Positions 11,756 to 25,379 of a stretch of 64,000 nucleotides of DNA are shown here, piece after piece; the first letter of the stretch is position 1, and each line of letters starts with the position of its first letter. The position numbers were made by a program, and so were the translations under genes. The notes beneath the pieces are model-generated. The model saw only the letters and a list, made by a program, of their open reading frames with translations, had not been told where the DNA came from and searched no databases. This stretch comes from Lepidodermella squamata. Its lineage: Eukaryota > Animalia > Gastrotricha. The stretch is from assembly GCA_047495785.1 (NCBI GenBank), contig JBLDXI010000046.1, forward strand, positions 1,054,001-1,118,000, given 5' to 3'.

Positions 11756-14429
11756 TTATTCGCGAACACCATGGCTTTCAATAAGAGTAATAATTTCAGC
11801 ATGATTCAACTTTCGAGCCAAAGCCAGAGGTCTCAGCTGATCGCGGTTGACGACATTGACGAGGTTTTTAGCTATTTCCAGCAACGCTTTGACCCCAGCA
11901 ATCCAAGAGTTAGCCACGGCGATGTGAAGAGGGGTGTTGTCAGAGTACTTGATATCAATCACTGAAGGATTTTCTCCTTTTTGAACTATGAATTTCACGA
12001 ACTCTAAATGCCTGGAATGCGCTGCCAAAATGACGACACCTCGCCCAGATTTATCACCCCTGTTCAACGGCGCTTTGAATTCGTCTATCAACATTCGAGC
12101 CAATTCAACACAGCCGCTGTACTTAGCAACGATATGTAACGCGGTAAACGTTTTCTTGTCGTCGATAATCGTCGAAGCGTACGTGGGATTGAACCTCAAA
12201 ATCGATCTGACAATTTCAATTTGCGATTTCTTTAACGCATTCACAAAGCTGGTCTTAATCAAATTATTCTTGCTTCGGTTATTTAAGTTTTTTGAGACAT
12301 CCAGAAAATAAGTAACAATATCCGAATGATTTTTCTCAACAGCCAGCTCGAAAATAGATTTCTCTTCATTTTGAGCCGGAGAGAATAATGACTCCATTAG
12401 GTCCAAATCTGGTAGATAGAGTTTAACTTCTTCCAAATTTCCAGCCATAGTAGCGCGGCGAAGTTTTACTGTCGACGCTTTTTTCTACAAAAAAATCGCA
12501 ATAATATAAAAAAAGAATTAATTTCCCCTACTTTATCCACCTCGTCGCCCTCGCTTTCGATCTCGACGTAATCCAAGTTTAAGGCCAGAAGACCCTGCAT
12601 TGCATCGGAAAAAGCAAGTTCGGTCTGCGCAGTGCGTAATGCTATACGGCCCATGTACGCTGTCACTTTTTTGGCCTGAAAAAAATATTTCAGAAATAAT
12701 CATTTTAAATTTTAAATTTTAATAATTTAAATTTTCCTGAATTTAACCCATTTAAGCAATTTTGAATCTTTAATTTCTCAGAAAAATTACCGTGAAGTCG
12801 GGCAACATAGGAAGAAATTACGTTTTCAAAGATTGAAAATAAACATTTGCTGGAATTTGAACCTAAAGGGATTTCTGATTTTCTTGTAAATATGGTAAAT
12901 TTCTAATTTTTTACAGAGTTCTTGAGTTCAGCAGACTATTTCTTGGCTTTAGCTAAATGTGGACAATTAGCGGGTAATTTCGGAGATTAATTTGCTGATG
13001 CATTGGCCTAATAAGTTCGCCATTGAAATTTGGGTCCGATTTCGGATTTTTTTCATAATTCAAACACTCTATTTTTTTCTATCATAGAAATTAAAAACAT
13101 TTTCATTTAAAATTAAAAATATTCGACCATGGATAATTAGGTTAGAGGTTAGATAATTAAAGATAATTAGGGGTCCCAAAGTTATTTTGCCCCGCATTTC
13201 AATTGTAAAGGAATGACCTATATTAATTTTTCTAGTTTTACCTCTTCCCATTCACCAGCGATTTGCGATCGCAATAGTGCAACTTCATTGAGACTAAAAT
13301 CCAGCACAGATTTCTCCATTAAATCGCCAGCAGCAATCGTATTTTCTTCGTTAGCTTTCAGCGCCAAATTGCTCCGCGCTTTCGCTTTCATTTTTTCGGT
13401 GATATTCTCAGCTTCTTTCATTAAATTTTCCCGCATTTCTTCCACAGTTTTCGAGAATGAAGTTTCGAGTGACGCACAAAACGTGGCAATTTTTCTTCTA
13501 GATTCTTCCAAGTGATTGTCAGCATATTCGAGCCATTTCGGAAGGTTTGATTCATCAGAAATATCGGCAACGTGTTTGGCAATCTTTAAAAATTGATCTC
13601 AGATTATTAGAATCTCGATGTTTCAAAAATCTGGAATTTTCAGCGCCAAATTTAAATTTCAACGATTTTTGACCGGAAAAAAATCCTCCTTAAAACTTAC
13701 CATTTTCCGCAAAGCTATAATTTCCTGTTTCATGCGCTCAGCGTGAAAATATCGACATCCTTCGCAAAAGCTTTTGTCGCAATGCGGGCATTCGGTTGGT
13801 TTTGCTGAAGACACAAGATGGATGCAATCATCTGAACGAGCCGAGTCGACATCGTCGGAAAGTTTCCGCTTCTTGCAGTTACGCTTCGCATTTTCAGCTT
13901 CTTTGTACGCATCAGCAGCGCTCTTCAGCGAAATATTACGCGGCAAACCTGGAAAATAGGTGAACATATTGTTATCAATATAAAATCGCCTTTTAAATCA
14001 TACAACGCTGAATATGCAAATTAAAATCAATATTCAGTGAACAAGAAATGCTTCGAAAATTCTGAAAATTTGATGTTTAATGCCTATTTGGTCCCACAAC
14101 CCACAACCAACACAATTTAGGTTCGTATTGAATAAGATCCGAATAAAAGTAACCTTTCACGTCACTCTGAGGGAGTCCCGAAATCGATCAACATTCCGGA
14201 CATTCCAGTGAGGATTTATCAGGCTTAGGCTCCAAAATTTGAGTCAAGCAAGTTGTGCAAAACGAGTGTCCACATGTCGGCAAAAATCGTGGCTCGTCGT
14301 AAAAATCATGGCAGATCGAACACGTTAACGACTGAATAACGTAAAATGCTGATTAAGCAGATTTTTATTTTGCACAAATAAAAAGCTTACAAGTTGAACG
14401 TTGCTAATGGGCGATGACGACGCAGCCAT
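11756..14429 (-). CDS. TRIM-like RING/B-box-like/coiled-coil/ankyrin-repeat protein, copy C
   Basis: Exon 1 MAASSSPISNVQL|gtaagc; RING exon ~14332-14155 (CSICHDFYDEPRFLPTCGHSFCTTC..CPECR); ORFs 13659-13967, 13218-13511, 12466-12666 and 11756-12448. Confidence 0.88.
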
Positions 14430-15155
14430 TTTTAAAAATCTAGGTGGAAAAACTAGCCAACAAGCTATTTAAAAAGCAATCGAAATGTCAAGTTCGAATT
14501 GTAATGAGTGTTCACTCGGCAATATTTGGCGGATCGTAGACCTGCTCTACTTCTTTTCTAGAAACGAGAAATGTTACCAAGTATTTTAAAGGCTCGTATA
14601 AACGGGCAAACATGTTTGCCAAACATGGACCTCAAACATTGTTTGCCAAACAACGGCTTCAAACATTGTTTGATCAAACATTGCATTTACACGTTTAAAC
14701 TTTTGCTTCAAACATTGTTGGGACCAACACGGCTTTCAAACATGTTTGCCCGTCTAAATGCACGTGTTTGAAAGAAAATGTTTGAGAGGCGTGTTGAAAA
14801 CGCCTTCAAACAAAATCACTCGTCGAGGCGATTTTGTTTGACAAACATGCAAACATTTGGCGCTGTGGCGGCTGCGGAGTTGCGAGCCGGGACGACATCT
14901 GCGCAACTTTTCATGCGCTTCTTCATAAAATGGATAGAATCTGGGTCTATTTCATCGCCATGAAAAAAATAATAAAATAAAACAAAAAAATATGAAATGC
15001 GTCCGACACACTTGTAAAAATGTTGCCAAGCTGTTTTTATTCACGAAAATAGTGCCAAAGAGGCGACATCTGTTCGAAATTATTTTGCGAGTAAAATTAG
15101 AAAAAAACATTATTTTATTTTCGAAAATTAAGCAAATTCTTGTCGTTTGCATAAA

Positions 15156-15625
15156 TCAAGCATCTAGAAGCCATTCTAAAGGTAAATTAGCCATAATTTC
15201 CTGTCGCCTTTCTTCGCCCTCCGCCTGGTTCGCCGCATTCCCGTCATCGTTTTCATGGTTAGCGAGATTTGCGAGAAAATCATCTTGTAGTTGCAGATCT
15301 GCCTCGAGAAGTTGAGCCGGCAACGGGTCTTCATCGGGCAAGTTATTGTAAGCGTCACCCTCCACTCGGATGCCGAAATTATGTAGTACACACATCGCTT
15401 TCGTGAAACGAACACTGGGCCGAATATTGAGGCGAAATTGTAGGTGATAGAGCCGCCGCCATTTTTGCTTGAGAAGCCCGAATGCCTGTTCAATTATCAC
15501 TCTCGCGACGGAGTGACGATAATTGAAATTCCGTTCTTCGGGGGTGATGTTATCGGTTTGGCGGAATGGAGTGACACACCAGCGTCGGGGCTGATAGCCA
15601 GAGTCTCCCAGTAAGAATGAATTAC
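15156..15625 (-). pseudogene. Harbinger (DDE_Tnp_4/HARBI1-like) transposase C-terminal fragment
   Basis: LLGDSGY...FNYRHSVARVIIEQAFGLLKQKWRRL...CVLHNF; N-terminal catalytic part absent. Confidence 0.88.
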
Positions 15626-15759
15626 CTCCAAAAAATTCCTTAATGAAAGCAAAAAATTAGTAGTTTCACCGTTCACCTGACAAATTCGTAAATTGCAATT
15701 TTGTGTGATTTTTTCGCAAATGTAATGAACATTTCGTTGCTTCAAACGTGAAAGGGTAT

Positions 15760-16418
15760 AAATCGAACTTACATTGTAATTTTGAGTGGCGTTCCGGTAT
15801 AGCTGGGAGTTTCTGAACTCGAGTGCGAAACCGTTGACAAATTTCGGAACCTTTAACATTTTTCAAAGTTTCAAACAGTGGTCGAATCAGAACCGCACAG
15901 CGCGTCCATAGCGTGCTCTTTTGCGTGGTTCCACCTTGGAACAAATCTAGATTATCGCGGAAAAACAGTAGAATGAACAGTTTCGCGTCGCTAGAATAAA
16001 TTCGCGCCGGTACGTTGGCCGGTTTCGCTTTCTTCGCGGCAACCGGCTGAGGATTTGCACGAGATGGCGGAGCTTTTGATGACGGAGCACTTGATGGCGG
16101 AGCAACTACCTTAAAAAAAAAGACAGTTCATTTAACAAATATAAGCGACAAATTAAACATCACCTTTTTTGGACGGCCACGCTTCCTTTTCATTGTTTCC
16201 GCGGCCGGTATGGAAGGAAACGGGTTGGCGAAAGGAGGTACGGGATCAGTAAGGGGAGGAAGATAGTCATTGTTGTCGAGTTCCACGTCACGATTGATTG
16301 CGCCCCGCTGCACAACGCCGCCCTGGACACGGTCTGATGCGCTCGGCGAATCATCACCCCCAATAATCGAGTCGATCTGATAATAAAGTAGCCGATGAGT
16401 AGGAAATTGATAAATCAA
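15760..16418 (-). pseudogene. Harbinger accessory Myb/trihelix-like protein fragment with AT-hook
   Basis: KRKRGRPKK, then ...KSTLWTRCA...VKGSEICQRFRT (Myb/SANT-like spacing); truncated. Confidence 0.45.
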
Positions 16419-16483
16419 GCAATTAGCTCCTTACGCTGAACTTGAGCCGCGACATCAAAACGCCAATTACGAAATTTTTCCCA

Positions 16484-19400
16484 GCTAAAGTTTTCTTGGC
16501 GAAAACCGGGGATTTATACTTTCTTGTCTGCGTTCCTGTCCCTTTTACGTCCATTTCGCCACGTGGCATGCATCAGTTGTCCGTAATTCTCACCATTGTG
16601 TCCACAATTTTCATTTTATTTTATTTTTTTCCACTGTGTCGGGGGTCCGGTCCGACACGCCCGAAAAAATATTTTTTGACCGAAAATGCTAATCTCCGTG
16701 TCCGAAAACAACAGACATCCGGCACAAGTGGCGCTCCTGGCTTCATTTTTTCGGGTCCGACACGCTCGAAAATTAAATAAAAATGAATTAAAAATGGAAT
16801 ATCACAATGGAAAACATTTATTTTCCATGGCGGTGAAATAGACCCTCTGATTAATTTGATTCTTAAATCGCTCGGGTCATGTGGCAAGGAAAAAAATCAA
16901 ATCAAAGCGGTCGAAAATGTGAAAGCATTCTACCCGTATTGGTAATTATTCTCCTAATTTGCATAAATTAAACAAATTAGCTCATTAATTTGCATAAATT
17001 ATGTCATTTTCTGGATGATTTGCATAGATTTTGCTAGTTTTCTTGCAAACATTGTTTGAGCGTGTAAATGAAAGTTTGACAAACAAATGTTTGAAGCCTC
17101 AAGAAGTGACCTTTCACCTTTTCCAATGTTTGACAAACAAGTTTGATCGTGTAAATGCTCTTCAAACATTTTCATCAAACATCCATGTTTGAAGTCAATG
17201 TTTGACAAAATGTTTGCCCGTTTATACGAGCCTTAAGACTTGAAAATAGCACGTGTGATGAGCAGGTTGTCGCGTGAATACTTATTGTTTATTAGATCCA
17301 TATAGACATAATTTACTATAGACTGTTTACTCACGAGAAAAAGGATGCTACGCCATGGGCGACAGATGGTCAGCTGATTCAGCTGAGTAAACAAAATATT
17401 CCATTGGTTTTTGGCTGGTTACAGTTATCTCCAGAACGATTTAAGAAATTCAATTGCGAATTTCATTCTAGCGCCATTTTTAATTATTAATTTTTCAAAC
17501 GCATTACCCCATCGAATCGTTTGGTTTTTCGATGAGATCCAAGACGAACGCAGCTCTCAAAAATACCCAGATCCTGTGGTTCGAAGTTGAAAATTGCGGA
17601 TTATTTTCAAACCTTGACCTTCGATTGCGAACAAATTTTGTGATCGCGGAAAATATCTCCAAAATCGATTTTTATTTTGAACTGAGCCCAGCCAGCATCT
17701 AAGCCAAGCGCTGAAACATTGATGACAATATGAAGGTCAACCGGGCTGCGTTCATGTACACTTTTGGGTTCGAGATAAATCGTTCTGATAGCGCTACTTT
17801 CCTGTGGCGATTCAACAAGTCCATTATTAGGTTCGTCAACTCGGCGACAGGTTAGACTGAATCAAATACCAGATTCTCACGTCATTCGGCAAGTCATTCA
17901 GCAGCTACGGCGAACGCTGGCCAACAGGGTTATTCGGCACCACAGAGACCAATCAAGGGATGCGGCCTAGCTACATATCAAACATTTCGACCTTGATCTT
18001 AATACTTTATCGGTCCATATCATTCATGTCTTATTATTTCGCGTATTTCTTTTTTGTTTGATTATATTCATTTAATTGTTTACAACAACGTCTAGCCAAT
18101 TTAAAAAAATTTCTTGCGTCCGACTTTTTCTTGTATAAACCATTGTTAGCTGAAAGCGGTTAGCAAAATGGCAAACAAAATGAATTGTAATTTCCTTGTA
18201 TATTCAATTCCCCGTCTGTTTCTCCATAAGCCCCAGGTTGCAGGTGTTTGGCGCTCGACTTGGTTTACTCACCTTCATTCGAACAGCACGAGGATGACAA
18301 ATGAAGCGGAGAAGACCGAGATCGCTGCGCTGTTAGTTCTATCGACTCTACCCCACGTAATTCGATTAGCCATCGCGTTGTTCCCAACCGCCGGCTTACA
18401 CATGCCGTTTTCGGAATACGTCAAATCTGGGCATGTAGTGCAGTCTTGGTCGGTGTAACCAGTGCAAGTTCGGCAAGATACGTGGCACGGCGCACAGCCC
18501 CAAGGCAAGTTGCTGAAGAATCCTAAATTCAATTGCAAAATAAATTCATGCGTACTTATGTCGTAGCCTTTTATTGAATTCAGCGTAATACAGAATCAAC
18601 CCGGGTGATACCGAATCACTCAGCCTTTCAGGAAATTTCGACCCTTTTATTCGAAATGTGACTTTTCAACCCTACTGCAACACCGGGGGCCGATCGACAG
18701 TGGGGCGAGGGCAAGGTCCGAATGTGCGGTTGGGTGTCCGGATCAACCTCGGAAGTGATGCCGTATTACGCGGAATTTCGTAAAACGCGAGTCTCTTGCA
18801 AGTTTATTGTCCGTCTGAGGAGTGAAACATTTAACGTACCTTGTGGGCAACGCCCCAGGGGACACTCGCCACACGCCATTCTCGATTCGTCCAGGCAATA
18901 GCCAAGCGGACAACTGTATACGCACGCCGAACGATTCGGCGCTAGAACCATTCCATTCTGGCACATGGCGCAAATAGTTGGCGATGCACAAGTTGTACAA
19001 TTCGCCGCGCATGCGATGCACGTTTTCGACGCTTCGTCCCTGAAAAACTGCGGCAGGCACGTCGAAACGCATACGCCAGCGTCGGTTTTGTAATTTTTGC
19101 ACTTTTTACAATCGGCAGGTGAGGAGCCGGTACAGCCAAGGCCGGCAACGCATTCAGGGTGGCATATCAGTATACCCGTAATTACCGTAGTACTCGTAAT
19201 CTGCAGATCTTTCGGCATTGTTATGTTGTCCTTCCGGTTCAAAGTCGAGGATTCCGGCGCGAATTCGGTTCCATATAAAACGAGGCGCCACGATTTGAAA
19301 GCGCTAAAGTTTTCTTGGCGAAAACCGGGGATTTATACTTTCTTGTCTGCGTTCCTGTCCCTTTTACGTCCATTTCGCCACGTGGCATGCATCAGTTGTC

Positions 19401-22123
19401 CGTAATTCTCACCATTGTGTCCACAATTTTCATTTTATTTTATTTTTTTCCACTGTGTCGGGGGTCCGGTCCGACACGCCCGAAAAAATATTTTTTGACC
19501 GAAAATGCTAATCTCCGTGTCCGAAAACAACAGACATCCGGCACAAGTGGCGCTCCTGGCTTCATTTTTTCGGGTCCGACACGCTCGAAAATTAAATAAA
19601 AATGAATTAAAAATGGAATATCACAATGGAAAACATTTATTTTCCATGGCGGTGAAATAGACCCTCTGATTAATTTGATTCTTAAATCGCTCGGGTCATG
19701 TGGCAAGGAAAAAAATCAAATCAAAGCGGTCGAAAATGTGAAAGCATTCTACCCGTATTGGTAATTATTCTCCTAATTTGCATAAATTAAACAAATTAGC
19801 TCATTAATTTGCATAAATTATGTCATTTTCTGGATGATTTGCATAGATTTTGCTAGTTTTCTTGCAAACATTGTTTGAGCGTGTAAATGAAAGTTTGACA
19901 AACAAATGTTTGAAGCCTCAAGAAGTGACCTTTCACCTTTTCCAATGTTTGACAAACAAGTTTGATCGTGTAAATGCTCTTCAAACATTTTCATCAAACA
20001 TCCATGTTTGAAGTCAATGTTTGACAAAATGTTTGCCCGTTTATACGAGCCTTAAGACTTGAAAATAGCACGTGTGATGAGCAGGTTGTCGCGTGAATAC
20101 TTATTGTTTATTAGATCCATATAGACATAATTTACTATAGACTGTTTACTCACGAGAAAAAGGATGCTACGCCATGGGCGACAGATGGTCAGCTGATTCA
20201 GCTGAGTAAACAAAATATTCCATTGGTTTTTGGCTGGTTACAGTTATCTCCAGAACGATTTAAGAAATTCAATTGCGAATTTCATTCTAGCGCCATTTTT
20301 AATTATTAATTTTTCAAACGCATTACCCCATCGAATCGTTTGGTTTTTCGATGAGATCCAAGACGAACGCAGCTCTCAAAAATACCCAGATCCTGTGGTT
20401 CGAAGTTGAAAATTGCGGATTATTTTCAAACCTTGACCTTCGATTGCGAACAAATTTTGTGATCGCGGAAAATATCTCCAAAATCGATTTTTATTTTGAA
20501 CTGAGCCCAGCCAGCATCTAAGCCAAGCGCTGAAACATTGATGACAATATGAAGGTCAACCGGGCTGCGTTCATGTACACTTTTGGGTTCGAGATAAATC
20601 GTTCTGATAGCGCTACTTTCCTGTGGCGATTCAACAAGTCCATTATTAGGTTCGTCAACTCGGCGACAGGTTAGACTGAATCAAATACCAGATTCTCACG
20701 TCATTCGGCAAGTCATTCAGCAGCTACGGCGAACGCTGGCCAACAGGGTTATTCGGCACCACAGAGACCAATCAAGGGATGCGGCCTAGCTACATATCAA
20801 ACATTTCGACCTTGATCTTAATACTTTATCGGTCCATATCATTCATGTCTTATTATTTCGCGTATTTCTTTTTTGTTTGATTATATTCATTTAATTGTTT
20901 ACAACAACGTCTAGCCAATTTAAAAAAATTTCTTGCGTCCGACTTTTTCTTGTATAAACCATTGTTAGCTGAAAGCGGTTAGCAAAATGGCAAACAAAAT
21001 GAATTGTAATTTCCTTGTATATTCAATTCCCCGTCTGTTTCTCCATAAGCCCCAGGTTGCAGGTGTTTGGCGCTCGACTTGGTTTACTCACCTTCATTCG
21101 AACAGCACGAGGATGACAAATGAAGCGGAGAAGACCGAGATCGCTGCGCTGTTAGTTCTATCGACTCTACCCCACGTAATTCGATTAGCCATCGCGTTGT
21201 TCCCAACCGCCGGCTTACACATGCCGTTTTCGGAATACGTCAAATCTGGGCATGTAGTGCAGTCTTGGTCGGTGTAACCAGTGCAAGTTCGGCAAGATAC
21301 GTGGCACGGCGCACAGCCCCAAGGCAAGTTGCTGAAGAATCCTAAATTCAATTGCAAAATAAATTCATGCGTACTTATGTCGTAGCCTTTTATTGAATTC
21401 AGCGTAATACAGAATCAACCCGGGTGATACCGAATCACTCAGCCTTTCAGGAAATTTCGACCCTTTTATTCGAAATGTGACTTTTCAACCCTACTGCAAC
21501 ACCGGGGGCCGATCGACAGTGGGGCGAGGGCAAGGTCCGAATGTGCGGTTGGGTGTCCGGATCAACCTCGGAAGTGATGCCGTATTACGCGGAATTTCGT
21601 AAAACGCGAGTCTCTTGCAAGTTTATTGTCCGTCTGAGGAGTGAAACATTTAACGTACCTTGTGGGCAACGCCCCAGGGGACACTCGCCACACGCCATTC
21701 TCGATTCGTCCAGGCAATAGCCAAGCGGACAACTGTATACGCACGCCGAACGATTCGGCGCTAGAACCATTCCATTCTGGCACATGGCGCAAATAGTTGG
21801 CGATGCACAAGTTGTACAATTCGCCGCGCATGCGATGCACGTTTTCGACGCTTCGTCCCTGAAAAACTGCGGCAGGCACGTCGAAACGCATACGCCAGCG
21901 TCGGTTTTGTAATTTTTGCACTTTTTACAATCGGCAGGTGAGGAGCCGGTACAGCCAAGGCCGGCAACGCATTCAGGGTGGCATATCAGTATACCCGTAA
22001 TTACCGTAGTACTCGTAATCTGCAGATCTTTCGGCATTGTTATGTTGTCCTTCCGGTTCAAAGTCGAGGATTCCGGCGCGAATTCGGTTCCATATAAAAC
22101 GAGGCGCCACGATTTGAAAGCGC
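16484..22123. repeat. 2819-bp direct tandem duplication (16484-19304 / 19303-22123)
   Basis: ORF track shows identical ORFs offset by 2819 (16621/19440, 18275/21094); 2-bp GC microhomology at the junction. Confidence 0.95.
18275..19304 (-). pseudogene. Duplicated 3' fragment of furin-like gene 1 (Cys-rich repeats + last coding exon)
   Basis: Matches 21094-22123; begins mid-exon at AFKSW; no catalytic domain. Confidence 0.85.
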
Positions 22124-24696
22124 CGTTATTAGCCGCGGAACCCGTGTTAACAATCTCCAGTTTCCACTTCCCATTCGGCGATTCGCCCCAAAAGTGGACA
22201 GACATAAATGGCCACTCTTTAAATTCGCCCCGATCTCGATCACGCGGCCTCCCAGGCATCAATTGTGATCGAGTTCCCGACGGGCTGGTTAGATAAATTG
22301 CTAAATCGCCTCGTCGTGAATACTCGAGTGAAATTTGAGCTTCGACATGCTCTAAATATCGAACCTGTTCCCGAGACCCGGCGCATGCGTCGACATTAGC
22401 CTCTAAAACCAGTGACATATTCCCGGCCATGTCGTACCGTTGTTCATCCAAATGAGGTACGCACGTTTTTTGTACAGACACAGTTTTCCATTTCTCAGCT
22501 AGCCGCACCATTGCAAGGCCGTCCATAAGGCCGTAACCGTATTTTGTGCTCACGTTACGCCCGACGCCGTTTGTTATCCAGTTTCCGTCGTACAACGGCT
22601 CGGTTCGCGATGTTTCGATGACAATGTGTTGAACATCGCGCCAGGTGAGTTGAGGATTTGCTTCCAGTGCTAGGGCGATTATGCCGCTGGCCATTGCAGC
22701 TGATGCGGATGTACCTAAATGGCAAAATAACCAGGTGGTAAGGGGAGAATTTCCAAAACTTGGCACTAGACATTCATCCTATGGTACTTTAATAAGCATA
22801 GAGACCACCTGAAGCATGCAGCCCAAGAGTCGGGAGAACTCTTCGCAAGCTCAAAAGGGATGTTACACCCAATTTTTCAAACAAAAGGCTGATTTCAGCT
22901 TTGATATTACTTATATTCTTACCCTGCCGAAATCTCCCATTTTGACTGTATATTGGTTATGCACTAAATGAAGAAAGTGGTCCCCGGAGTAGGCTGAATA
23001 CTTCTAGTAAAACAATTCACCCTTGGGGCGCCCTGGGATCCGAAAAATTGGTTCAGAATTGGCACCTTCCAGATTTCGGAGCCAACTGGGCGCCAGACAA
23101 GAAATGCACGTATTTCCTCACAAGAATCGTTAAGATCAATGTGAATGGAGTAAGCTGCCAATGCTGCCTAATTTTTAATATACAAAGAATAGAGAATATT
23201 CTCTATGATACAAAGTATTTTTTTGGTGACTCAGCTTATTTTTGGAATTTTTCGAAAAATGCAAAATTACGAATTCGAAAGAGTAGATACTTTGAAGTTC
23301 GCACAAATTGAGAACAGTATGTTACTTGCTCTGAATTCAGAATTTATTGATATTTTCGTTACCTGTATGCCTTTCCGTACAACCGTGGTGTAAATTAGTA
23401 GTCACAACTTGTCGATCGAGAGTCGGGTCGCCAGAACTGTAAGTCGTCGCAATTGTTGACGCGCACTCCTCCAAGTAATATGGTGCAACACCACGCTCCG
23501 TCGCACTGTTGATCGAAAGCGTGTAAATCGAATTCACGTAGCCATCACACGCACATGAGTCCCCATTATTTCCACCAATTCCAGACGCCCAAACAAAAAT
23601 ATTGCCTTTCCCACCGCGGCCTTTCAGCACACCTTGGACAAAAGCTTCTCTCGCGAGAATTCCAGGCCCATCAACCGCCTTTCCGTTATCACTGGGGCCC
23701 CAACTCGCGGAGTAAATATCAATGTGTTGTGGGTTGAAAGAAAAGGAAGCAGCTTCAACAGCGTCGTTAATAACGCCGTCTAACATGCGAACTCCGCCTA
23801 TTTTGGCGTTAAAAGCCACGCCAACCGTGCACATGCTGTTGTTAGCAGCAGCGGCTACTTGACCGCCGCAACGAGTTCCTTGATGATTTCCGTACATGAT
23901 TTCGAAGGAATCGTAACGAGGAGTAGGATCATCATCGTCGCTGTTAATATCGCGACTAGCTTGAGGGTCGTAATTTGGCGCTATGTCTGGATGGTCCTTC
24001 TCAATGCCGTCGTCTACAATTGAAACAACAACGTTCTTCCCAGTGTAGCCCGCTAGCCAAGCAGCTTTCACATTCATATCATAACCTCCTCGTGCACCGT
24101 TCAACTGTGAGGAAGGTAAACGAAGATTAATGAGGTCAATAAATCCTATCAGTCAACTTACCACATACCACGATTTAGGCCAGAGGGCGTCATTAAAGGT
24201 AAGATCACTGGCGGAAGCACCGCGTTTCACCCGATTTCTGTCATTAGAGCTGAGAGAAACGGCGACAGTACCGCGTTTCCCCCGCTTTTTAGGCACTTGG
24301 CGCTCTGAATATTTCACACCATTGCGTTTCGCCAAGCTTTCAGATATCGCAGCCATCCAGTTCTGACTGTGTTTATGAGCTTCTCGCTTCTTTATGACAT
24401 GGGAAAATTGCGAGATTTTGGCTGCGTCAGGCCACTGACCTTCTAGCAAGTACACATCCAGATTGCCGACCTGGAAAGCGATAAATTCACGGATTGTCCT
24501 AACTGGCCATTAAATAAAAAATTACCCGGCTTATGAAAGCTAGTCCATGATCGCTGGCGAGTCGACGAGCGGCCTCCTCGCCACCATCGATAGCGACCGC
24601 CCACTGATGAACCCTCTTGATCTCTGACGAATATGTAGGCAGCACTTGACAGAGACTGCAAAACAGTAATAAGGCTGTGAAATACCTCAACATCAT
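21094..24696 (-). CDS. Furin/kexin-like proprotein convertase 1, probable pseudo-protease (exons ~24696-24526, 24470-24162, 24104-23363, 22714-21659, 21341-21094)
   Basis: Signal peptide, prodomain with RGKR/RVKR, S8 domain (VDDGIE; NHQGTRC; WASGIGG; HTG|TSASA), P-domain with RRGDL, furin Cys-rich repeats, C-terminal hydrophobic tail. Confidence 0.9.
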
Positions 24697-25379
24697 ACAA
24701 TCTAAAATGGAATATGATTATTATGATCCATGTAAGCCAGAGCAAAGAATGTATAAAGTTGGTCAGCTCTGATTCTTAAATATCTTTGTCCACTGTCTCT
24801 ATACATATTTGCGTTCTCCCCAAAAACTGGCTAAATGAGGAGGATTGAATCGGGCACACTTCCTACTGAAAACTGTAGCTTCGAAATGGGGCTCTGACGA
24901 TTCATATTGTCGTCACTTCCGCAACTGAGAAGTATTAAAAACAGGATGCGTCAAAAGCGCGCAAAAATCTTCATTTTGAGGGAAAATAGACGTCAGCATG
25001 CATCCAACTTTCTACAACAAAAACTATTACGCTTTTTGCGTGTATGCTGTTCACGTTGGAAACCGTGCTGCATATGGGTTTAACGTGCCAACTTTATATT
25101 ACTCATGTGTGACCCAAATGTGACGAGTGTCAAAGTATCCAAGCCTTAAGAAGTTCGATATTTTTCATGTAAGTAAATATGTATATGAGGTTATTTCTGA
25201 AACTCAGATGAGTAATAATTTTTCTGACCGGCCCGCTCTCAAACCATTTTGTTGAAATTTTGATCTCACCTGAGCAAATGATGAATCAGCTGAATTTTCG
25301 ACCTCATTCGTGGGCCATTCGTTTTCTGCTGTTCGCTCCTTTTTCTCTGCTCGAAAACCAACGACATGCCAATAAGATG

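Larger units (their letters stand above)
14590..17233. mobile_element. Internally deleted PIF/Harbinger DNA transposon
   Basis: TIRs aggctcgtataaacgggcaaaca / tgtttgcccgtttatacgagcct, TAA target duplication on both sides, subterminal tgttt..caaaca repeats, transposase and Myb-like fragments inside. Confidence 0.9.

Noticed and set aside
19290-19330. New AG acceptor at the duplication junction adding extra furin Cys-rich repeats
   Set aside because: Phase mismatch with the exon-4 donor; splicing would frameshift.
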